This document shows positions 36,701 to 47,839 of a stretch of 64,000 nt of DNA, in pieces (the stretch's first letter is position 1; the number at the start of each line of letters is the position of its first letter). The stretch is from NCBI GenBank assembly GCA_010356995.1, contig ML996687.1:435803-499802 (forward strand). The letters run 5' to 3'. A model generated the notes under the pieces. That model was not told the DNA's origin. It was given only the letters and a program-made list of their open reading frames with translations, and did not search any database. This stretch comes from Trichodelitschia bisporula. Its lineage: Eukaryota. A program made the position numbers and the translations under genes.

Positions 36701-39126
36701 ATCACAGAGAACACGAGGTTGGGTTTTAACCTTAAAAGGCTGGATAGAGTCGGTGGGGGCTGGGGATATTCTGCGGCAGTATTGGATTGAGTCGCGTGCG
36801 TGTTTGATTGCAGAAACACAGTGTCGTCGGCCACCTCCGATGGGGGCGCGCGGGCTTGATATCACACGATGTCCTGTCCATATTGCCCAGCGGGCACGTA
36901 TAGATCGGGGTTTGCGCGGGCCGGGCTCCGCGTGCTCGGGAAGCGGCAAGGCGGGCGGCAGTGCGGCATGGCAGCGGAGAGTGGGATTTGGGGTAAGGAA
37001 TGTGATGAGTTGAGATGGGAGATGCGCAGTTGTTGTTGCGGGATACCGTAACCTTGTGGTAGAAGGTAAAGAAAAAAGCGTGACGGGGGTGCTTGGCCGA
37101 AGGCGTGAAGCTCGCAAAGGCAGCTTCACGATTCGGTGTTCATGCCAGCCTGCCTTCCAGGACCGCATTCCTCTGCTGCTGTGTCCGCGGGAGCTCTCAA
37201 CGTCATCCACATGGTGCGCATTTCTCGCATCGATCCCTACCGTACCCGCCAACTCGGGGCCTCAAGTGCCCCGCTCGCACCTCCTTCCCCGGATCTTCCC
37301 CAGCCGAGTGGTGTGATGGGGGTCGAGGCGTGCCTCCATCCGCTTTTCTCGAATCCACGCGAGCTCAACGGCGTCCCGGCACGTACCGGCGGCAGAGCGG
37401 GTGTGCGGGCGTTGGGGGTTGAGGCCCGCGGGAATGGGAGGCGGTTGTTGGTGATGGGCGGTGGGGGGTTTGGAGTGTGTGTGTTTGTCTGCCCGCGATT
37501 CCAGCATCGCCAGAGGTGATGCTCGACTTTCTTTCGATATCCTCATCTTCCATCTCCTCATCTTCCATCTTTCTCGACGAGGCCCCCTACCCACCCATCC
37601 CTCCCCTCCCGCCCCGAGCCGCACCCGCCCCGTCCCAACCCAACCGCACGTCCCGACCCTGTGGGTGGGAAGAGGGCGGAAGGAGGGTGCGCGGTTCCGT
37701 ACCGCGGACGGTGGAAGCGGGCAGGTCCAGCCGCGCGCGACAACCCCGGCGTAGCTTGCAGGAAGCGCCCAGTTGCGTGTGGTTGAAAGGCCAATACGTA
37801 TTCAATTCTCCTCCGACAATGGTCTACCGGTTACAGCTTCCAGCCCTCTCCTCTCCCCCCCCTTCCCCGGTTCCAGCCCGCGTTTCCGCTTCTCCCCGCG
37901 GCGGAGACTCGGAATGTTCGGAGCGGTCGGTCGCGACGGTCGGTCCAAGCACCGAGGCGCCTGTTAGGCTGGCCAATGAGCGGATGGGGAGCTGCGAGAT
38001 GCTACGCTCCTGTGCTGATGAGCAATGTGACGCATACGCCGTCAGCAGGGACGACGAGGTTCAAGGGGAATTGAGGCGGTGATTATGGCGCTGATTGAGA
38101 AGCTACCGTACCGTACGCTTACCATTGGAAAGGCCATTGGCGTTTCCGGTGCGGGTTGGGGACTTGTGCATGGAGGAAGGCTTTAATGGCAGGGTTACTA
38201 CCGTACCATTAATCGGACGGACTAACACAATCGACAACAAAGTTCTTCTTCTGCTACACTCTCGTCCTGATATTGTACCCTGTTTGTAACATCGAAACGA
38301 GCTAGGCTGAGGGCTGACCTTGCTGCAGCTCCCCAGATGTTAGCGAAGCTCGCTCGCTTTGCCCCGTCACTCCACCGTTGATAAAAAGGGTCTCTTGCTC
38401 GCTTTCCAGAATAGGGAGAAAGCTGTATCTCGCCATATCTACTCCATTCCATTCCACTACCATACCTCCATCTGCACTAGCACAGCTTCAGCAATACTTT
38501 GCAGTATTCCCCCAATTGCTATCAACATCGAAGCTACCTTCATCTTCGCCGACATTCTCCTCACTCATCGCCCCGTCCAGACCTCTGGACCCCCAGCCTC
38601 CACACTCGTCACCAATCCGGCAGATCGCGCATCGTTCCGCGCATCCCCAATCATCTCCTCTCGCAACACGACGGTCCATCCTCCGCCCTGCCCCGCATCC
38701 CAGCCCTATCCAGCAACGAGGGACCGCATTGCATCACCCACCCGCCTTTCCCCGCCCAGGCCGCGCAATCATGACAAGCAGAAAGAGTTATCCACACCGT
38801 AGGTGCTCCAAACCACTTCTTTATCAGTCCCCCGTTTCCCACCCACGACCTCGGCATTGAAAGCGTCCCTGCCTCCAATGCATACCTACCCTCCAATCTT
38901 CACTTCCCATTTCTATATCATTAGGTATCTGTAAACCGGAGCTGCCTCCGCCAGGCTGAACCTCACTGACAACGCCCCGCTAGGCCCGGTCCCACCTCCC
39001 CTCGCAACCGACAACAGAGCATCATTTTCAACCAACGACTCGCCAACCTACTCCGCCAACCCCTCGCCCACCTACGCATCGTACCCATCTCCAACCTACG
39101 CATCGCTCCCCTCTCCAACCTACTCA

Positions 39127-39930
39127 ATGGACTCCTTCAACGCCCCCAGCGGCCTCCCCAGCCCCCTCCAAGACTCCTTCCTCCCCCCCCCCTACCCCCT
39201 CGACGACACCAAATTCGACGATCCCCTCTTCGCCAACCCCAGCCTGTCTTTCTCCGACCCGCTCGACGAGGAGTCCAACCCCGCAGACCCGCTCTACCCC
39301 GACGCCCGCACAACATACCCCATAACCGCGGGCTACTACTTCCCCCAGCAACCACCGTTCACAACCTCCTATCCCGTCCTCCTCCCCACCTCCACCAGCA
39401 CACAACAAACCCCCGTTCCCCCCACCCCCCTCACAGCAACACCCTGCACCCGCACCCCCTCCCTCTCCTCCACCGGCGACACCCCGGACGCTCCCCATCC
39501 CCCAACACCCACAACCGCGTATCCCAGGCCTCCCCGCATGGACATCTACTGCGCAGCCGGGCACAAACACACAACCGACTTCACCGCGCCACCCGAACCC
39601 CCGAAGCGTCGCCGTGGGCGCCCGCGCCTGGTCCCGCTCCCCGCGGACGAGGGCACCAAGTCCCCGCCTAAGCCCAGCCGCCGCCTGCCGCACAACCAGG
39701 TCGAGCGCAAGTATCGCGAGGGGCTGAATTCGGAGCTGGATCGGCTGCGGAAGGCGGTGCCGACGCTGATGGCGGGGCAGCCGGGGAGTGAGAGTGTGGA
39801 GGGCGGGCCGGCGAAGCCGAGTAAGGCGACGATTTTGGCGAGTGCTATTCAGTATATTAAGGCGTTGGAGGAGGAGAGGGAGAGGTTGAGGAGGGAGAAT
39901 GAGTGCCTTATGAGGGAGAGGTTTGCGTAG
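39127..39930 (+). CDS. bHLH(-zipper) transcription factor with AT-hook-like motif; true N-terminus may extend upstream
   Basis: KRRRGRPR, RRLPHNQVERKYREGLNSELDRLRKAVP, KPSKATILASAIQYIKALE followed by a charged zipper. Confidence 0.9.
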   Translation: MDSFNAPSGLPSPLQDSFLPPPYPLDDTKFDDPLFANPSLSFSDPLDEESNPADPLYPDARTTYPITAGYYFPQQPPFTTSYPVLLPTSTSTQQTPVPPTPLTATPCTRTPSLSSTGDTPDAPHPPTPTTAYPRPPRMDIYCAAGHKHTTDFTAPPEPPKRRRGRPRLVPLPADEGTKSPPKPSRRLPHNQVERKYREGLNSELDRLRKAVPTLMAGQPGSESVEGGPAKPSKATILASAIQYIKALEEERERLRRENECLMRERFA

Positions 39931-39955
39931 NNNNNNNNNNNNNNNNNNNNNNNNN
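39931..39955. other. Assembly gap (25 N)
   Basis: Run of n begins immediately after the bHLH stop codon. Confidence 1.
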
Positions 39956-40450
39956 TGGAGGCTGGATGGTGTGTGCAGAGCAGGATGTGGATGGAAGGGT
40001 TGGATTGGGACTCTACTCTGTTTTTGAGTGGTTGTTTTGTTTGATTTTTTTGGGCTGGCTCTGACGCGCGATACCCTCAACTGATATGCGAATTGGATGC
40101 CAATGGCTAAAGGGGGCCCGGAATCAGGCATGGGTTGGATCGGGGGGACATTTGCTTTGCGCGCCGGGGAAAAGCTTGTACTTTGAAGGCGTTGGGATGG
40201 AGTTGGTTGCATATTTTTGGGATCAGGTTGCCCATAATTGGGCCGGTAGCTTGGGAGTCGAGATGGCTTTCTCCTCCTCCGTTTGCTCATGATTATCCTG
40301 CGGAGGGATGAAGCAATTGATGCGACTCCTCTATTGTTTGAGTCAGATGAAGCAGTGAAGTGGTGAGAAGGTAAGAAGGTGAGAAGGCGAAGATGTCAGC
40401 AACGACAGGAAGAGTTGGACAAGAATAGGGTGAAGGCAACGAGATGTCGA

Positions 40451-40525
40451 GACGTGAGTCTGTCGACGTGAGTCTGTCGACGTGAGGCTGTTGACGTGAG
40501 GTTGTCGACGTGAGGTCGTTGACGA
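40451..40525. repeat. Tandem array of a 14-bp unit GACGTGAG(T/G)NNGTY, 5 copies plus a partial copy
   Basis: GACGTGAG starts at 40451, 40465, 40479, 40493 and 40507; partial GACG at 40521. Confidence 0.9.
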
Positions 40526-41557
40526 ACCTGCGCCTCAAGCTGACATGCAGCCACACCTTGTCATCTCCCGCCGCCTCCCTTCCACCAACACCTCGTCCTC
40601 AACCTCACCTCTAATGAACTGCTCAGTCACCGTGGCTCTTACACCAAACTCGAGGATTAGAAGCGTTACCAATACTTTCGCGGATCCTTGCTATCGTTCT
40701 TCATCACGCACTGCACGACGACAGACGCTGACGGCCTCAACGGTGCGTCTTTATCAGCAATGCACCTGGTTGGTCGTCCATCCTGCACTCCTGTACGATA
40801 ACCTCCCTCATCCACGAGGATGCGCTGCTTGACTGGGGCTGTTCGAAGCTGGTAGTTGACGGAGCAGCATGCGAGACCGGCGATTGCGACATGGAGTTGG
40901 AGGATACTGTTGACATGTGAGAGCAACATCCAAGTCCACGACCAACACACGTGAAGCCGCTTGTCAGATACCCAAAAACAGAGAAAGAAGCTGACTGGAT
41001 TTCTAGAAGAAAGTCGCGCGGCTCAACGAGCCGTTGAAGATTCTCCCATAAGGCCGAGCGCCCCGATCTGCGCGATCGATGAACTCCGCTAATAACAGAC
41101 CTCTTAAGACCGCAAATCTCCGCTCCGGGACAAAACCGCGAGAGCCTCGGCACCCTGTAACCAGCACCTCGCATTTGTCACCCATAACACTCGGCATCCT
41201 TCCACAATGAAACAATGCGGAAATTCGTCCGACGGTCCGATTTTGTCTTCATGGCGTGCTATCAGTGCGCCAAAGGGTCCAATTCTTCATGGCGACCCCC
41301 GTCTTGCCGGATTTTTAAGCCGAGCCATATTAACAATCAAACCGGGTAGGTTCTAGCACGCCAGAGCGAGGGGCAAGGCATATATACCGACCGAGTCTGC
41401 TCCTCTGCCGATAACACGTCGCATATCAAGCACTCGCACGCCATTTAAACATCGAGCCCCGCATCCAGCCCTCCACCACACCAGGCTCGCTACCCCCCAA
41501 TCCCCTACTCGCCACCCACCTCACACCTCACATCTCAACCCCCCAACAATCACTACA

Positions 41558-42700
41558 ATGTCCACCCCAACCGCCATCCCGAGCGCCTCCAAACTCCTCC
41601 AACCCCTCCGCCTCGGCCCCACCACCCTCCAACACCGCATCGCCATGGCCCCCCTAACCCGCTTCCGCGCCACCGACGCCCACGTCCCCAACAACCCCCT
41701 CATGGCAACCTACTACGCGCAACGTGCATCCGTCCCCGGCACCCTGCTCATCACCGAAGCAACCTTCATCTCCCCGCAAGCCGCCGGGTATGCCAACGTC
41801 CCCGGCCTGTGGTCGCAGGAGCAAGCTGAAGCCTGGCGCCCCGTGACGGATGCCGTGCATGCCCGCGGGAGTGCAATTTTTGTCCAGTTGTGGGCGCTCG
41901 GGCGCACGGCGCATCCGGCGGAGAAGGAGAAGTTTGGGCTGGATGTTGTGGGCGCGAGTGCGGTGCCGATGGCGGAGGGCGCGCCGGTGCCGCGAGAGCT
42001 CAAGGAGGAGGAAATTCTCCAACTGATCCAAGACTACGCAAATGCGGCGCGGAATGCGGTTGAAATCGGCGGGTTTGACGGCGTGGAGATCCATGGCGCG
42101 AATGGGTACCTCGTCGATCAGTTCACGCAGACCACGTCGAATCACCGGACGGATCGCTGGGGCGGCAGCATCGAGAACCGCGCGCGATTTGGCACCGAAG
42201 TCGCGAAGGCGGTGGTTGCGGCGGTCGGCGCGGACCGTGTGGGCATCCGCCTCAGCCCGTATGGCGAGTTCCAGGGGATGAGGATGCCGGATCCGGTGCC
42301 GCAGTTTACGCATCTGATCAACAACCTCAAGGAGTTGAAGCTCACTTACCTGCACCTCGTCGAGAGCCGGCTGAGCAGCAGTGCCGACGCGGCTACATCC
42401 GAACTGCTCGACTTCGGCGTCCACACATGGGGAAATACCAGCACCGTGCTATTGGCGGGCGGGTATGAAGCGGAGAGCGCCAGGCAGGCGGTGGACGAGA
42501 AGTGGAGTGATCGGGATGTGGTGATCGTTTTCGGACGGCATTTCATTGCGAACCCAGATCTGCCGTATAGGATCCAGAAGGGCTTGCCGCTGAATCGGTA
42601 TAATCGCAAGACGTTTTATACGCCCAAGGCGGCAGAGGGGTATACGGATTATCCGTTTAGCGCGGAGTGGGAGGCTGCGCGGGAGGGGCCGCGGTTGTGA
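41558..42700 (+). CDS. Old Yellow Enzyme (NADH:flavin oxidoreductase / ene-reductase), intronless
   Basis: HRIAMAPLTRFRA, LLITEAT, QLWALGR, GFDGVEIHGANGYL, FGRHFIANPDL, TFY...GYTDYP. Confidence 0.95.
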   Translation: MSTPTAIPSASKLLQPLRLGPTTLQHRIAMAPLTRFRATDAHVPNNPLMATYYAQRASVPGTLLITEATFISPQAAGYANVPGLWSQEQAEAWRPVTDAVHARGSAIFVQLWALGRTAHPAEKEKFGLDVVGASAVPMAEGAPVPRELKEEEILQLIQDYANAARNAVEIGGFDGVEIHGANGYLVDQFTQTTSNHRTDRWGGSIENRARFGTEVAKAVVAAVGADRVGIRLSPYGEFQGMRMPDPVPQFTHLINNLKELKLTYLHLVESRLSSSADAATSELLDFGVHTWGNTSTVLLAGGYEAESARQAVDEKWSDRDVVIVFGRHFIANPDLPYRIQKGLPLNRYNRKTFYTPKAAEGYTDYPFSAEWEAAREGPRL

Positions 42701-43292
42701 GGGCCTAGGGGACGAGTTTTGGGATGTCTGGATGGAGGAAGGCATTGCGTGGCGTGTGGGTGGGGGGTTGTTTGAGTAGTGGTTTTGGGCGTTTTTGGCT
42801 GTGAGGGTGATGGGCATTCCGTACGTACCGTAGATCAATCTTGATATTTGACTTCCACGTGTCCTGCTGCATGCTACCGAACAAGTGAACGGGCTGGATA
42901 TCTCCCCTTTGGGGCCAGGGGGGGCATGGCGGTGGCCAGCGAGTCTTGGAATAGGGAGGCAGTCTCGCATCATTCCGGTGCGCGCCTCCCCGCCCCCGCA
43001 TTCCCCATCCTTCAACGAAGCCCGCTCCCGGCTTCGTGGAACCCACACGTGGCGCAACCCACGCGCCGGCCCGCCCCATCAGCGTCCCGATCCGGATTGG
43101 GGATCCAAGACACGGGGATCTGGAGAGCAGATCGGAAACCCGGCCGATGGCATCAACCCTATGACGTCACACATCGCGGTGGACAGCAGGTAAGCACAGG
43201 ATTCAAAAGGGGGAATGGCAGCCTTTTCAACTCTACGGTATAGATCAAATCGGTTACTGTTGGCCAGCAACCCGCTTAAGAACAGAGAGACA

Positions 43293-44447
43293 TTATGGAC
43301 CTACCTGACTGTCAAGATCAGCAAACTCCTGAGCAAAGTTCTCCTCCCAATCCTGCTCTGTCTTCTCCGGCTTCCAGCCCAGCTGCCTCGCAATGACACC
43401 CTCACTTCTCGAACTACTCAACGATTAGCACCCACCGCCGCAACCACCAAGTTTGGGACAATACTCACTTGCCCACAAAATTCAACTCGGTATGAAACTC
43501 ATTCCCGCCGCCCCAACCCTCCGCTCCCTCCTTTAGAATAACACTCCTCGGCTCCTTCTCCTTCAGCTTGCTCGCCTCGAACCCCGCCCTCGCCAACCCC
43601 TCCGCCAACCCCTTAAACGTATAAGACCCCGTCGCACTAAAGATAAACCCTTTCTCACCGGTCGGCAGCCTTGGATCCTTCTCCACCGCCAGCGCAAGCA
43701 CAAGCTCGTACAACTTGACCAAATCATCAATATGCACGTAATCCCACGTGCCCTCTCCATCACCAATGTACTCCACAGCTCCTACCTTGACGGCGTGCTT
43801 TACGAGGTCCGGGAGCTGAATCGATTCTGTATGCGCGAAGCCTCGCCCGCGGCCGTAGATCGTTGGCGACATGACTGCCACGGTGCGCACGCCGGTTTCG
43901 CGCCCGGTTTCTACGACTGTGATGTCCGTTGTGCGTTGTAGGTAGGGATGGTGCTTCTCGCGTGCCCGGAGGTAGGCGTACAAATCTTCATCCGTGTCCT
44001 TGAATGTACGCGACTCGGTGTAGTCCCCTGAGATAGGCGTATCACTGAAATCGGAAGTACCAGTAGTATGGATGTAAAACACATCGCCCCCGGTCTCAGC
44101 CTTGCGCCTCCCGAGCCCAGTGATCAGCGACTTCGCGACGCCAGGATGGAAGCCTGGTGCGGCGCTGAGGACACCGTCGTGCTGGCTTGCGGCTTGGATG
44201 ATGGTTTCCGCATCGTCGAGGTCTTTGAAGAGGATAGGGTCTACGCCTAGGGCTGTGAGTTTTGCGGCTTGGGGTTCGGAGCGCACGAGGGCGGAGAAGG
44301 AGACTTTTGTCACGGCGGGGAGGGTGGACTGCAGGAGCTGGGCGAGGATGGAACCGCCGCTGTGGATGTTAGGGATTGCGGGAGATGTTCGCAGGGTGCT
44401 TACATGTAGCCCGAGGCGCCGACGATGAGGACTTTAGGTTCGGCCAT
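43293..44447 (-). CDS. NAD(P)-binding Rossmann protein (NmrA / extended SDR epimerase-like)
   Basis: VLIVGASGYI|GGSI (intron 44360-44403), IHTTGTS, SPTIYGRG, WDYVHIDDL; intron 43414-43468 then LGWKP. Confidence 0.88.
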
Positions 44448-45079
44448 TGATAATTGGCGGATGCGAGTTTAGTAGACGATGGGATTTCACCGATGTGAGA
44501 CGATTTCAGCACACTGGAGGAAGAAATCTAGTAACGATAGGATTTGCATAGCGGTACTAGACATTAACATCACTAATGCTTGACGCAAGGCTGCATATCG
44601 CTGAACAGATGATGCCAAGGCATGTCAAGGGCTGAGTAAGGCGCAGATCCTAGTGTCAAAAAGACGTCATAGTAAGATGCGGGGGATAGCACGTCGCTTT
44701 CAGCAAGTTGGTGACGGTCGATGATCTCGATGAGGAAAATGTCTTGCGGATCTCCTAAAGTTGCAGGTATCCCGGCAACGCGGCAAGCGCGGGATGTGCA
44801 ACTTGTTGCGCCGGGATCTAGCTCAATGAGCTCAAGCTTTACCAGCCATGAACTAAGCTTTCATCAGCGCTAATCCGGCCTGCTCCGCAGTACGTATGTA
44901 GATCTCGACAGACGTCTAGAATAACATACGCAAACCATGAACACCACGCCGGATATCCCAACTCCGCAGCCCAGATACTGAACCCCACGTTAAATGGCAT
45001 CGAATGCGCACGCAAAACTGAGGGTATCTTCCTTCCAAACCAAGCTCAAAGCATCACAGTCTCATTTCTTCGTTGCACC

Positions 45080-47249
45080 TCATTTCTCCGCTGCAATCAG
45101 CCCCTTCGCATCTTCCACGGCAATCCTTGCCAGTCGCTTCAGCACCGGCCGGTGGTCTGCTTCCCGGTACTTCTCGAAGTGATCGAGCCCGGCTTTGGCT
45201 TCAATTGACAGCGTCTCGTATCCCTGCTGGATCACTTTATGTACCTCTCGGGGACTCAAGGTCGTCGTCTTGTTCTTGCCTTCAAGCAGCGAGTGGTAGT
45301 GCCGGGAGACACTGATCAAGGTGTCGATGGAACCGGAGCGCGACCGCTTGCTGAGGTCATAGGCATCGCGGAACTTCGTCAGAATGTCGCCGGTTTCTAC
45401 CAGCTTGTAGAAGAGATCGTCGTAAGGGGCCGCATCAGGGAGGAATGATTCGCCGGTGGAGAGGGAGAGGGCGATCAGGTTTACAAGAGTGTCCACGAGG
45501 GTGGGCATGCCTGTAACACCTTTGAGATCGGCGGAGTAGGAGCAGAGAAACCGGATGAAGGAGAGAAGCGACCTCCAAAGATGCGACCAATGGTAGGTGA
45601 GTCGTATTCTTGACCGGCCAAGGCAGGATATCGCGCGCAAAAGGATGCCGAGGAACAAGTTGTACAACTCGGCGTCCAAGCGCCGCCGAAGGTTGTGGTT
45701 GATGCCGTCGACGAGGATGTCCAGGACTGTTGTGATGAGCACTCGGTCGCCACGTACCAGCGGCAGATATGGCTGGCGCTGGCGGCACAGGCGGACCGCT
45801 GTCTTGCTCTCATCACTACACATCTGCTTTGCCAGTGTTGGGTCTTCGATCAGTATCTGCAAAGTATAGAGACTGATGTACAGATAATGTGAAGCACGAG
45901 ATGAACGATGAGCATGCTGTGTGAGATATGACGTGAAAGATAAGAATGCGCTGATAGGGGAGGGTAGTAGCTTCTCTTCAGCTGGGAGAGATATCAGGTT
46001 GAAGCAGAACAGCTTGTTCGCGTGGGAGAAGTCGTACGTTGAGAGGAGGATCGCAGCTTCAGGTCCCGGGCTAGTGTGGTTAGTCTTGTACATGCCACAC
46101 TCTAAGGCGGCTTACAGTGCAGTGAAGCGGCTCTTCATCTCCTCCACGGTGAGAACAGGGGTGGTGGGCCGGGAACTAGGAGCGAGGACCCCTAGGCCGA
46201 TGTACGCAAGGGTACTCCCGAGACTCCAGGCCTCGGGCAAGTCTTCCTGCACGGTGATATACTTGTCCCGAGCAAGGATGCAGGTGGCTCCAATTGACGT
46301 AACAACCTTCTTGATCGTGGCATCGTTGACAAAATCGTCCAACCGCAGTCTGTACGGGTTCTGAAACTCGAATTTGTTGTAATTCACCAAGAGCCCGAGG
46401 AGAACGAACGGATCTACGTTATTCGACGGCGTCTGGGAGTCTTGGATGAACTGGAGACTTTAGTACAGTGGTCAGCCGATAGCCGTTGTCGCATACCTTC
46501 ATCAAAGCCGGGAACATATCGCGATGCGTGAAATAGGAGATGAGACCGGTCTGGTATGCGCCCGATACCATAGCTAGAGCCGCACGTATGGCCTTCAACC
46601 GCAACTCCGCTACTCTCATCAGCTAAGCCAAGTTTCGCAGCGAGCTCGCTCACTCGTCCTGCCATTGCGAATGGCCGTGTCCAGCGCTCCGACAAAGTCC
46701 GAGAACACCGCATCCGCATCGTGCAGGCCGGTAAGCACCGAAATGATATCCGAGCTCGGGTTCGTGTACTTCTTGTTCAGGACAGAGCCTAAGAAGACGG
46801 TCAAGGTCTATTTCGTAAGCCACTCAGGCTATCTCAGATCCGCGAGAGAGTATCCTACGTCGAGGGCCACTTCATCCGAGGGTACGACTCCAGCCTTTAT
46901 GCGTGCAACTGCGCGGATGACCAGTTGCTGCGGGTGAGCCTATTCCTCTTAGCGCATGCCTTTGATCGCCGGTGGGTAAGCCCTACGCGCAAGTGTAAAA
47001 GGTCATCGGGGCTCAGCTCGGTGAGGATTCTTTTCAAGCTCGCAGGATCGGGTTTGAGGAGGAAGAACTCCTGCCAGAAGCCTTCGGACTTCTCGACTTC
47101 CTCATCCTCCTGGCTAGCTATTAGCTTAAGGTCCAGCGCTCAAGGAGAGGGGTTATGGCGCACACCTTGAACAGCGATTCGTACAGATGAACGACTTTGG
47201 GCTGAAAGGTTTCAGGCCTAGACTGCTGGGATAACGGAGAGGCCTCCAT
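45080..47249 (-). CDS. ARMH3 / C10orf76 (DUF1741, UPF0668) homolog, multi-exon
   Basis: MEASPLSQQSRPETFQPKVVHLYE, FWQEFFLLKP, NYNKFEFQNPY, RLCRQRQP, LTYHWSHLW, YDDLFYKL, GYETLSI. Confidence 0.88.
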
Positions 47250-47839
47250 CCATGTAGCGGCCGGAGAACAGTCAATTGGGGGTATCTACACGATGTCGCA
47301 ATTGAAGGTGCAGCCCTGAAGTCGCGTCGATTGCTAAATTAGCTGCACCTGTCTTCAACGTGGCGTTGCGTGCACGCGGCTTTCTTGGCAGGATCACTAC
47401 GCTAGTCCGGGTTGGTGAAGACCATTGCTCAACATGGAAACCGAACTTCAACTTCAAAGTCCTGGTGAAATCACATATGGCTTACGTTCGCAGTACAAAC
47501 AGCTTGTATGGCGCTTGCTCGAGGCCGCGAAGATCACAAACTCATGATAGGATGTCAGTGTTCTCTCAATGGGCACTAATCGAAGAGAAGTTGCGCGAGC
47601 CCCAAGAGCATTTGGAGGTGAATCTACAGTAACCTGTCCAGATGAAAGGAATTTTTTTGGCATTAGTTATCCGACCCAAGTATTACTACTGCGCCCAGCT
47701 CCAGATTTGCAACCGTCGCTCGTTAATCCGCATAACAGCAGATCTGCTGCGTTGAGCTCATCGAACACCGCAAATATCAATACCAAAACTCTGCCACCCT
47801 AAAGATTCAGAAGGCCACCAGCAACAAGCAAGGAGTATC

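Noticed and set aside
39124..40290. 388-aa minus-strand ORF
   Set aside because: It spans the N-gap and is mostly antisense to the bHLH gene. The post-gap part has no recognisable homology.
40451..40525. CRISPR-like interpretation of the 14-bp array
   Set aside because: The unit is too short, there are no unique spacers or cas genes, and the genome is eukaryotic.
41558..44447. OYE + NmrA-like pair as an ergot-alkaloid or other secondary-metabolite cluster
   Set aside because: No prenyltransferase, NRPS, PKS or other backbone gene is nearby, and both families are widespread.
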